A DNA stretch of 64,000 nt from an uncultured Gammaproteobacteria bacterium (GTDB taxonomy: Bacteria; Patescibacteriota; Patescibacteriia; UBA11705; JABHMO01): positions 60-64,059 of the forward strand of contig CAZAKN010000005.1 of NCBI GenBank assembly GCA_964486065.1, in the 5' to 3' direction. Every line of letters starts with the position of its first letter. Within the stretch, counting starts at the first letter, position 1. This document shows, one piece after another, positions 47,069 to 55,756 of this stretch. The notes under the pieces are model-generated. The model saw only the letters and a list, made by a program, of their open reading frames with translations. It was not told the origin of the DNA and did not search any database. The translations under genes were made by a program, and so were the position numbers.

Positions 47069-49981
47069 ATGCCACATATGCATTACCGAAGTCCCAGACC
47101 CAGAGGATCATTTTCTTCAAGTCCCGGAGGAGGAGGTGGAAATTGGTTTAAAAAAATTTGGCGCTCTTTGAAGTCTTTTTACAAAAGACATAAAAAGCCC
47201 ATTAACAAAACTTTAAAAAGACTCTTATTGCTGGGAGTAATCTGTTTTATTTTGTTTTCTATTTATGTTTTGGTAGCGTTTGCTTGGTATTCGCGTGATT
47301 TACCGGATCCAAATAAAGTTATTGAACGCAATATTTCTCAAAGCACCAAAATTTATGATCGCACGGGAGAGCATTTGCTTTATGATGTTCATGGAGATGA
47401 AAAAAGAACTTTGGTTAAATTAGAAGATATTCCTGATATGATTAAATGGGCGACCATTTCCGCGGAAGATAAAAATTTTTATGAACACCATGGATTCAGT
47501 CCGTTGGCTATATTTAAAGGCGCGGTGATAGATCCTTTAATGGGGAAAAGAGCTCGTGGCGGGTCAACGCTGACTCAGCAATTCGTAAAAAATTCTTTAT
47601 TGACCAATGAACGCAGTATTTCAAGAAAAATTAAAGAATTGGTTTTGTCTTATAAAATTGAAAACATGTTTTCAAAGGATGAAATATTGCAAATGTATTT
47701 GAATGAAATCCCTTACGGTTCAGTGGTTTACGGAATTGAGTCTGCGGCGCAAACATTTTTTGGCAAATCCGTTCAAGAATTGACTTTGGCGGAAATTACG
47801 GTGTTGTCCGGTTTGCCACAATCGCCGACTTATTATTCTCCTTATGGCTCTAATTTTGACGCTTTGAAAAATCGTCAAAAATATGTTTTGGATCAAATGG
47901 TGGCCAATGATTATATTTCTCGTGAGGAAGCTGACGAGGCTTTTCAAGAAGAACTTGTTTTCACGGAACAAAAGAACGCTATCCAAGCGCCACATTTTGT
48001 TATGTATGTGAAAGAATTATTGGCTGAAGAATTGGGCGAAGATTTATTGGAAACAGGTGGTTTAAAGGTTCTTACCACTTTGGACATGGATAAGCAAAGG
48101 ATCGCCGAAGAAGCGGTGGAAAATGGTGTTAGTACCAAAGGTGAATATTATGAATTCCACAACGCGGCCTTGTTGTCTCTTGATCCGCGAAATGGACAAA
48201 TTTTGGCTATGGTTGGTTCTCGTGATTATTTTGATCGCGAAAATGACGGCAATGTTAATGTTACTTTGCGTCCACGACAACCCGGTTCTTCCATGAAACC
48301 ATTGGTTTATACGGCCACTTTCCAAAAAGGTTATACTCCCAATACGGTTTTGTACGATACTGTCACTACTTTTAAAACCGATACCAAAGATTACCGACCG
48401 CTTAATTATGATTTAAGAGAACACGGTCCGGTAACCATTAGAAAGGCTTTGCAAGGATCACTGAACATTCCCGCCGTGAAAGCCACTTATTTGGTGGGGA
48501 TTGAAAAAGTTTTGGATTTTTTGGAACTTATGGGTTACAACACTTTTGAAGATCGCCATCGTTTTGGGTTGTCCATTGTTTTGGGCGGAGGAGAAGTAAC
48601 ACTTTTGGAACACGCGGCCGCTTATGGCGCCTTGGCCAATGGCGGAGTTTATCATGAGCCGTCGGCAATTCTACGAGTGGAAGATAGTCGTGGTAATGAG
48701 CTTATGCGGTTTGAAGAAAATGAACGCAAAGTCATGGAGCCCAATTACGCATACATTATTTCTAATGTTTTGTCGGATAATGGCGCTCGTGCGTATGCTT
48801 TCGGTTTACAAAACCATTTAACTTTGGGTGAAAGACCGGCGGCGGCTAAAACCGGTACCACCAATGATTATCGTGACGCGTGGACCATGGGATATACTCC
48901 TTCCTTGGTAGCCGGAGTTTGGGCGGGGAATAATGATAATTCGGAAATGAAGCGAGGTGCCACCGGTGGAGAGATAGCGGCTCCCATTTGGAATGAATAT
49001 ATGCGTCGCGCTTTGGAAGAAACAGAAATTGAATATTTTCCGAACGCTTCAATCCCTCAAACCGGCAAACCGATTTTAGACGGAGATGTGATGCCGGAAG
49101 TTACTTTGAAAATAGATAAATTCACCGGCAAGTTGGCAACGGATTTGACACCGGAATCATATATTGAAGAAAAAAAATATCGCCAAGCGCATAGTATTTT
49201 GCATTATGTTTACAAAGATAATCCGCGTGGCACCGTGCCGGAAGACCCCGCGTCAGCGGACCCCGCTTATCAGTATTGGGAAAGCGGTATTCAAGAATGG
49301 CTTAAGAAAAAAGCCGAGGAAGAAGGTGAAAGCGATATTGAGATTTCAGAAGAAGAGCCTCCGACCGAATATGACGACGCGCATACGGAAGAAAATCGTC
49401 CCACCATATTTATAAATTCTCCCGACAGCAATGAACGGATTGACAGTGAAACTTTAACCGCCAGAGTGAATGTTTCCGCTCCGCGGGGAATAGGCAGAGT
49501 GGAGTATTATTTGGATGATAAATTGATTCAAACAGTTACTGGCAGACCATATTCGTTAAATTACAGTTTGAGCAGTTATTTTGGTAAAGGTTATCATACT
49601 TTGCGAGTCGTGGCTTATGATGATATTGACAATTCCAATGAGGCGACCGTGGAAATAAATATTACCGCGGATATTGATGAACCGTCGGTTATTTGGCGAT
49701 CTCCGCGCAATCATCAAATTTTCAGGCAAGCTGATTTTCCGGTTACCATTAGAGTTACATTGACTGATTTGATGGTGACAAAACAAGCCAAATTCATTGA
49801 GAAGAAAAAAGGAGAATCAGAAGAAAGAATGATCTCCACGGTTATTTCTCCGGATAGTCAAGATCAAGTGATTAATTGGGGTAGCGCCTTTGAAAGAGGT
49901 GAATATGAATTGATCGTGGAAATTACGGATATGAATAATAATAAATATCGCAGTTTGGTCAGAGAGATTGTGGTTAATTAA
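47069..49981 (+). CDS. Class A penicillin-binding protein (PBP1A family) with C-terminal Ig-like domains
   Basis: EDKNFYEHHG, GGSTLTQQ, RKIKE; SSMK, SLN, KTG. Confidence 0.93.
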   Translation: MPHMHYRSPRPRGSFSSSPGGGGGNWFKKIWRSLKSFYKRHKKPINKTLKRLLLLGVICFILFSIYVLVAFAWYSRDLPDPNKVIERNISQSTKIYDRTGEHLLYDVHGDEKRTLVKLEDIPDMIKWATISAEDKNFYEHHGFSPLAIFKGAVIDPLMGKRARGGSTLTQQFVKNSLLTNERSISRKIKELVLSYKIENMFSKDEILQMYLNEIPYGSVVYGIESAAQTFFGKSVQELTLAEITVLSGLPQSPTYYSPYGSNFDALKNRQKYVLDQMVANDYISREEADEAFQEELVFTEQKNAIQAPHFVMYVKELLAEELGEDLLETGGLKVLTTLDMDKQRIAEEAVENGVSTKGEYYEFHNAALLSLDPRNGQILAMVGSRDYFDRENDGNVNVTLRPRQPGSSMKPLVYTATFQKGYTPNTVLYDTVTTFKTDTKDYRPLNYDLREHGPVTIRKALQGSLNIPAVKATYLVGIEKVLDFLELMGYNTFEDRHRFGLSIVLGGGEVTLLEHAAAYGALANGGVYHEPSAILRVEDSRGNELMRFEENERKVMEPNYAYIISNVLSDNGARAYAFGLQNHLTLGERPAAAKTGTTNDYRDAWTMGYTPSLVAGVWAGNNDNSEMKRGATGGEIAAPIWNEYMRRALEETEIEYFPNASIPQTGKPILDGDVMPEVTLKIDKFTGKLATDLTPESYIEEKKYRQAHSILHYVYKDNPRGTVPEDPASADPAYQYWESGIQEWLKKKAEEEGESDIEISEEEPPTEYDDAHTEENRPTIFINSPDSNERIDSETLTARVNVSAPRGIGRVEYYLDDKLIQTVTGRPYSLNYSLSSYFGKGYHTLRVVAYDDIDNSNEATVEINITADIDEPSVIWRSPRNHQIFRQADFPVTIRVTLTDLMVTKQAKFIEKKKGESEERMISTVISPDSQDQVINWGSAFERGEYELIVEITDMNNNKYRSLVREIVVN

Positions 49982-49996
49982 ATATAAATAAAATAG

Positions 49997-50030
49997 AAAG
50001 CCTCGCCGATTAGGGCGAGGCTTTTGTTTT
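49997..50030. terminator. Bidirectional intrinsic terminator
   Basis: AAAGCCTCGCC..GGCGAGGCTTT. Confidence 0.8.
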
Positions 50031-50264
50031 TTACAAAGAACGGCGGATGCTTGGTTGTTCCATTCGCCTGATCCAGAGATTATATTCTCCTTTCTCCACG
50101 AAGACGGGAATTTTGCCCGGTAAGGGTTCGCCTTTATGGTCAAAAGCATGATGACCGAAGCGACGGGTAAACCAAGATATTTTCGATTTTTCATTTAAAG
50201 AACAATTGCCGAGAAAGACTTCATTTTCTCCCTGTTCGGGATGTGCTTTGAAAGATTGTTTCAT
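50031..50264 (-). CDS. 77-aa orphan protein (SD-led unit)
   Basis: AAGGAGGT (50277-50270) before ATG 50264; TTGACC at 50325. Confidence 0.6.
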   Translation of the reverse strand: MKQSFKAHPEQGENEVFLGNCSLNEKSKISWFTRRFGHHAFDHKGEPLPGKIPVFVEKGEYNLWIRRMEQPSIRRSL

Positions 50265-50407
50265 CAGGTACCTCCTTGTTTTGTTTACAATACTATTTAT
50301 TATCATATTTGAATTTAGTGGTCAAGATTTGGTTTGAGGAATTATTAACATTTTTCAATTGAGCCAAAGCCTGTTTTTTGATATAATTCACTATATTTAG
50401 ATAAAAT

Positions 50408-53400
50408 ATGTATTTATCAAGATTGGAAATCCAAGGCTTCAAGTCTTTTGCTCAAAAGACGGTTTTTGAGTTTCCCGAAAAGTCTCATCATGACGCTAAA
50501 GCCAAGAGTATAACCGCCATAGTTGGTCCGAATGGTTCGGGCAAATCCAATTGTTCGGACGCTATTCGCTGGGTAATGGGTGAGCAAAGTTTAAAACTGC
50601 TTCGTTGTAAAAAAGCCGATGATGTGATTTTCGGTGGTTCGCCGACCAAGGCGCGGCAGGGAGTAGCGGAGGTTTCTATGGTTTTTAATAATGAAGATCA
50701 TGAATTGCCGATTGATTTTGCTGAAGTGGTTTTGACCCGTCGTGTTTATCGTGATGGTGAAGGTGAGTATTTGATCAATAAAAAGAAAGTTAAACTTTTT
50801 GATATTTTAATGCTTTTGGCCAAATCAAATTTCGGACAAAAAAGTTATAGTATCGTGGGGCAAGGCATGGTTGATCATATTATCAATATTTCACCGTATG
50901 AAAGAAAAGATTTTTTTGACGAAGCCACCGGAGTGAAACAATATCAAATAAAAAGAGATCAGGCGGTTAACAAACTTCGTCGTTCGCGTGAGAATTTGTC
51001 ACAAACCAATCAAATTATGCAGGAATTGGAACCGCGATTAAGGTTATTGACCAGACAGATTAAAAAATTGGAAAAAAGGCAAGAATTGGAATTTGAGTTA
51101 AAGGGTTTGCAAGAAAAATATTACGCACACATTTGGCAAAATCTTCAAAAAAATCGTAAAGAGCAAAAGGAGCAATTCGGCGTACAGGATGCTTTGAAAA
51201 AAAACTTGGAAATTGAATTGACTCGCGTACAAGATGAATTGGCACAAATGGCGAGAGAGGAATCACGCAAAGATGTATATAATGAATTGCAAAAAGATTA
51301 TAACCGACATTTGTCGGAGAAAAACGAATTATTAAAAGAGTTGGCTTTGGTTAAAGGAAAAATGAATTTGGAATATGTCAAAGCAGGTCAGCAAAATTTA
51401 TCTTGGTTGGAAGATAAAAAAGAGGAAATAGAGAAGCGCTTGGCGGAAATTCAAGAAAGTCGCAATAACGCGGATAATCGTTGGCGACAGAAAAAAGGAC
51501 TTTTAAGTGAAAACGAGAGCCAAATTGCGCAAATAAATCAAGAATTACAGGTTTTGGAAAACAATTTACAATTGGCTCAATCTGAATTGGATAATATTAA
51601 AAAAGGAGGTAAAGTGAATTTCGCTTTGGAATCGGTAAAAGCTTTGTTAAGGCAAAAAGATTTTATTAAAGGAGTTTGCGGGACGGTCAGTCAATTGGGA
51701 ACGGTGGAAGAAATGTACGAAGCGGCGTTGAGTTCCGCGGCCGGGGGAAAATTGAATGCTTTGATCGTGAAAGATGATGAAACGGCGGTTCGGTGCATTA
51801 AGTATTTAAAAAAGAATAAATTGGCGCCGGTTACTTTTTTGCCATTAAATAAATTAAAAGTTACCAGACCGGATAAGCGGTCCAAAGAACTTTTGCAAAT
51901 GAATGGAGCGATCGGTTTCGCCGTTGATTTGTTGGCTTTTGATCCGAAGTACGCCAAAGCTTTTGAATTTGTTTTCAGTACTACCATCGTAGTTGATAAT
52001 GAGGAAAATGCTAAAGCCATAGGCGCGGGAAAAGAAAGAATGGTTACTTTGGCCGGAGATATTTTTGAAAGAAGCGGTATGATTAAGGGCGGGTACAGAG
52101 AAAGTAAGTTTTTGCGGTGGCGAACCTTGAACAGTCAAGAGGCGCAGTCTACCCAAAGTGAAAAAATTCGTGAAATCGCGCTTTTGGAATCAAAATTAAA
52201 CGAGAAACGAAGGCAAAAAGAATTGCTTGGGGAAGAGATCCAAAATTGTCGCGTGGAAATAGAAGTCGCTGATACCAAATTAAAAGGTTTAAATAATGAT
52301 TTTGATGAATTGCAAAAAGAAAAAAACAAGATTCAAGCTGAAATAGCGGAAAATCAGTTGGCTCCGGAAGATCAAGATGAGTTCATGAAATTATTGAATA
52401 AAAAGAAAAATGAATTTGATGAAAGAATAGAAGCGCAAGAAAAATTTTTGGTGGAAATAAGAAAAAAAATTGATGAATTTAATTTAGAAGAAGAGAAAAA
52501 GAAAGCGGTGGTTTTCAGGTTGCAGAAAGAGATGCAGGAACATCAAATGAAATTGAATGAGGTAAATCAATTATTGAACGAGGTGAATATTGCTTTGGCC
52601 AAATTGGATACCAAAAAAGAAGATTTGGAAAAAGAAATACAAACCGAATTGGGTTCGGAAGTAAATTTGAATGAAATAAAACTGGATAGCCTGGTGAATG
52701 TGGATCAACTTTGGTTTCAAATCGGCAAGATTAAACACAATTTGGAAATTATCGGTGGCATTGATCCTGAAATAGAAGAAGAGCATAAAGAAGTCAGTGA
52801 ACGCTATGAGTTTCTCAGCAAGCAAGTGGTTGATTTGGAAAAAAGCATTGATGATTTGGAAAAAATTGTGTTGGAATTGGACGCGGTGATCAATAAGCAA
52901 TTTGACACTACTTTCAAGAAAATAAATTCAGCATTTCAAAATTATTTTTCAAAAATTTTTGATGGTGGCAAAGCTAAATTGCAAATGGTGCAAAAAGAAA
53001 AAAAGGAAATAGCTGAAGAGTATGAAAATCAAGAAGACATGGAGCAAAAACTACCGGAAAATAAATCAAAATTGGTAAACACGGGCATTGAAATAATGGT
53101 GGCACCGCCGAACAAGAAAATTAACAATATTGCGGTTTTATCGGGAGGCGAGAGAACTATGACCTCGTTGGCATTAATTTGCGCTATTATTGAAAGTAAT
53201 CCGGCGCCGTTTATTGTTATGGATGAGGTGGATGCCGCCTTGGATGAAGCCAATTCGGAGAAATTGGCGCGAATTTTGCAAGAATTATCTTATCGGTCTC
53301 AATTTGTGGTTATTACACACAATCGGGTGATTATGCATGTTTCAGATGTTCTATACGGAGTAGCCATGAGCGATGATGGTGTCAGTAAAATAATGTCGCT

Positions 53401-53440
53401 TAATCTGGAAGAAGCGAAAAAAGCGGTAGAAGAAAAATAA
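50408..53440 (+). CDS. smc: Chromosome segregation protein SMC (short-armed, 1010 aa)
   Basis: GFKSF, GPNGSGKSN, central hinge, LSGGE, DEVDAALD. Confidence 0.95.
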   Translation: MYLSRLEIQGFKSFAQKTVFEFPEKSHHDAKAKSITAIVGPNGSGKSNCSDAIRWVMGEQSLKLLRCKKADDVIFGGSPTKARQGVAEVSMVFNNEDHELPIDFAEVVLTRRVYRDGEGEYLINKKKVKLFDILMLLAKSNFGQKSYSIVGQGMVDHIINISPYERKDFFDEATGVKQYQIKRDQAVNKLRRSRENLSQTNQIMQELEPRLRLLTRQIKKLEKRQELEFELKGLQEKYYAHIWQNLQKNRKEQKEQFGVQDALKKNLEIELTRVQDELAQMAREESRKDVYNELQKDYNRHLSEKNELLKELALVKGKMNLEYVKAGQQNLSWLEDKKEEIEKRLAEIQESRNNADNRWRQKKGLLSENESQIAQINQELQVLENNLQLAQSELDNIKKGGKVNFALESVKALLRQKDFIKGVCGTVSQLGTVEEMYEAALSSAAGGKLNALIVKDDETAVRCIKYLKKNKLAPVTFLPLNKLKVTRPDKRSKELLQMNGAIGFAVDLLAFDPKYAKAFEFVFSTTIVVDNEENAKAIGAGKERMVTLAGDIFERSGMIKGGYRESKFLRWRTLNSQEAQSTQSEKIREIALLESKLNEKRRQKELLGEEIQNCRVEIEVADTKLKGLNNDFDELQKEKNKIQAEIAENQLAPEDQDEFMKLLNKKKNEFDERIEAQEKFLVEIRKKIDEFNLEEEKKKAVVFRLQKEMQEHQMKLNEVNQLLNEVNIALAKLDTKKEDLEKEIQTELGSEVNLNEIKLDSLVNVDQLWFQIGKIKHNLEIIGGIDPEIEEEHKEVSERYEFLSKQVVDLEKSIDDLEKIVLELDAVINKQFDTTFKKINSAFQNYFSKIFDGGKAKLQMVQKEKKEIAEEYENQEDMEQKLPENKSKLVNTGIEIMVAPPNKKINNIAVLSGGERTMTSLALICAIIESNPAPFIVMDEVDAALDEANSEKLARILQELSYRSQFVVITHNRVIMHVSDVLYGVAMSDDGVSKIMSLNLEEAKKAVEEK

Positions 53441-53456
53441 ATGTATTTTCAAATAG

Positions 53457-53488
53457 AAAAGCGAACTGCTTAGGCAAGTTCGCTTTTT
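53457..53488. terminator. Bidirectional intrinsic terminator
   Basis: AAAAGCGAACT..AGTTCGCTTTTT. Confidence 0.8.
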
Positions 53489-53494
53489 GGTTTG

Positions 53495-53941
53495 TTAATC
53501 TTTGATTTCCATCTTTTTAATCAGTTTTTCAAGCGCTTTTTGTTTCGCTTCTATTTCTTGACGCAAAGCCCTTTGTTTTTTTTCGGTTAAACCGAAGATG
53601 CCGATTTCCGCTTTATCCAATTCTTCCAAGGCGTCATCCATGGCTTCGGAAGCGGTCATAAGAGCGGTTTGAGCGGAAAACACGCCTTGTAAGTCGCGAA
53701 TATATATTTTTCGCGTAGCTAGAAGTTCTTTGATTTTGAGCACTCTTTGCAGGGTAGTTTCCGAATATACTCCATAGGAGCCTCTTTGCCCTCGTTCGGT
53801 GAAGCCGATTCTTTTGGTACCGCCGACCAATTTGTCTTGGATGTATTTCCTTAAATTGGGAGCGGAAAAGCGTTGTCCGGTTTTCTTGCAAACAGCGTTC
53901 ACGAATTCTTTCAAGGTGTAGGTTTTTTGTTTTTTAGCCAT
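53495..53941 (-). CDS. MerR-like HTH protein with coiled-coil tail (SD-led unit)
   Basis: YTLKEF..LRKYIQDKLV..GVYSETTLQRVLKIKEL; AAGGAG; TTGACA-17-TAAAAT (54037-54009). Confidence 0.65.
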   Translation of the reverse strand: MAKKQKTYTLKEFVNAVCKKTGQRFSAPNLRKYIQDKLVGGTKRIGFTERGQRGSYGVYSETTLQRVLKIKELLATRKIYIRDLQGVFSAQTALMTASEAMDDALEELDKAEIGIFGLTEKKQRALRQEIEAKQKALEKLIKKMEIKD

Positions 53942-54014
53942 CTTTTTGCTCCTTGCTGGGGGAAAGCACTGAAATTGACATCACTGGGAATGAACAAGCC
54001 GATAGCAAATTTTA

Positions 54015-54500
54015 TCACCTTAAAAGACCTTTGTCAATCGGTTGAAAATTATCGGATTGAGGGTATTTACGATGGTATTCATCCAGAAAGGATTCTTTGA
54101 GATCCAATTCCAAATTATGAATTTTTTCCTCAAGATTGTCAAAGTCCTCGGCATGATAATCATCTCCCCATTGTTCGGCGATTTCATCCAGCTTATCTTG
54201 ATCTTTCAGTTCTTTGAAATATTGCATTTTTTCAAGTTCCAACATTATTTGTTCACATCGTCTTGCTTCGGCGATTTCTTCAAGGCGATCAAATTTTGTT
54301 TTTTCTTTTTTTTCCTTATGTTCTTTGACAGCTTGTTCCACATCTTGAATAAGCGCTTTGAAATATTTATTTTTGAAAGCCTGTTCGTCGTTTGGAAAAG
54401 CATTATCAATGGCTCGCCATGTCGCGGGACGAGCTTCGTAATCTTCGGCCAATGCCAAAGCGTTTTTTCTTATTTTTTCCAGATAAGGTAATTTTTGCAT
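54015..54500 (-). CDS. Hypothetical acidic helical protein
   Basis: Open frame with plausible composition; start 54500 or 54533. Confidence 0.55.
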   Translation of the reverse strand: MQKLPYLEKIRKNALALAEDYEARPATWRAIDNAFPNDEQAFKNKYFKALIQDVEQAVKEHKEKKEKTKFDRLEEIAEARRCEQIMLELEKMQYFKELKDQDKLDEIAEQWGDDYHAEDFDNLEEKIHNLELDLKESFLDEYHRKYPQSDNFQPIDKGLLR

Positions 54501-54590
54501 AGATGAATTTATTATGTGTATATATTTTAGCATTTATCAATGTAATGAAAAAGTTTATTAAAAAAATAGAAAATTGTATAATGTAAATAT

Positions 54591-55097
54591 ATGAAAAAAC
54601 AAAAAATTACAGTGAAAGATAAGATGCAAAAAGGTTATTTATATTATTTGACCGAACCGATCGGTCGTAATTTTGATCCTAAATTCAAACCCGAATTAAC
54701 ACCGAAACAAATGTTGGAGTTGGGTGTATTCGGGGGAAAATACATGACTGATTGTCGCAAAGAATTTCCCAAAGCTTGGTATTTCAAGGCAAAACTTAAT
54801 TCCAAATTTCATGAAGCGGGATTGAATTATTTTAAAGTAAATGCCAGCCAACCATTGTATATCTGGCGTCAAAAGGGTTGGATACATCCTGATGATCCGC
54901 GCGGTTGGTTTCAATGGTATTGCCGTTACTATCTTGGCAGACGGCATGAAGACGATACTCGGCAGATTAGGCGTTGGCGCGCATTTAAAAGGCATTGGTC
55001 CGCCGTGAAAAAGAATTGTCGTAAGGGAGATTATGCTTGCCGTCGCAAGCAAAGGCAAGCTCTTTTGCATTGGGCTTATGATAGTAGGAAAATTTAA
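54591..55097 (+). CDS. Conserved hypothetical Trp/Arg-rich protein
   Basis: TPKQMLELGVFGGKY, DPRGWFQWYCRYYLGRR..QIRRW..RQALLHWAY (family recalled, function unknown). Confidence 0.7.
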   Translation: MKKQKITVKDKMQKGYLYYLTEPIGRNFDPKFKPELTPKQMLELGVFGGKYMTDCRKEFPKAWYFKAKLNSKFHEAGLNYFKVNASQPLYIWRQKGWIHPDDPRGWFQWYCRYYLGRRHEDDTRQIRRWRAFKRHWSAVKKNCRKGDYACRRKQRQALLHWAYDSRKI

Positions 55098-55157
55098 ATT
55101 GATTGGGTAACGAAAAACCCTTGTCAAACAAAGGGTTTTTTATTTTAAATAATAATA

Positions 55158-55484
55158 TTAATTACCCAGCTTAACGGCTGTTCCGTAGGCCAGCATTTCA
55201 GAAGCGCCATTCATAACCATTGAAGTTGTGAAGCGGATATTGATAATTGCGTCGGCACCCATTTCAATCGCTTCGTTTACCATACGGTTGTAGGCTTCGT
55301 TGCGAGAATCTTTGGTCATTTCGGTATAAGTTTTAACTTCACCTCCCACGACACTTTTTAAAACCGCGGAAATGTCGCGTCCGATATTTCTGGCACGGAC
55401 AGTGCTACCTTTTACCACACCTAAAATTTGTTTTATTTCTTTGTCGGGAATATTTTCTCCCGTAGTTACAATCATGTTTTCCAT
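55158..55484 (-). CDS. YbjQ/UPF0145 family protein
   Basis: IVTT, LGVVKG, VGGE, GADAII..EMLAYGTAV. Confidence 0.9.
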   Translation of the reverse strand: MENMIVTTGENIPDKEIKQILGVVKGSTVRARNIGRDISAVLKSVVGGEVKTYTEMTKDSRNEAYNRMVNEAIEMGADAIINIRFTTSMVMNGASEMLAYGTAVKLGN

Positions 55485-55485
55485 A

Positions 55486-55680
55486 CTATTTATTTTCATT
55501 ATTATTATTAATTTCTTCTATTTTATCTTCATTTTTATTGAACAAAATGAAAAAGCCGATAATAAAAATAGGCAGACCGTAAATTGAAATCCAAATACTC
55601 CATAATATTCCCACATAAATTAAAAACCCTCCCCAAACGATTGTCGCGATTCCGCTTATTGTCCGACTGACTTTATTCAT
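55486..55680 (-). CDS. Small 2-TM membrane protein
   Basis: 64 aa; 1 nt upstream of the YbjQ-family gene. Confidence 0.6.
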   Translation of the reverse strand: MNKVSRTISGIATIVWGGFLIYVGILWSIWISIYGLPIFIIGFFILFNKNEDKIEEINNNNENK

Positions 55681-55756
55681 CGTAAATTTATTTAATTATA
55701 TGGTTATTTTATAACAATCTTGGAGTTATTTAAACATAAAGCCAAGAGATGGATCA

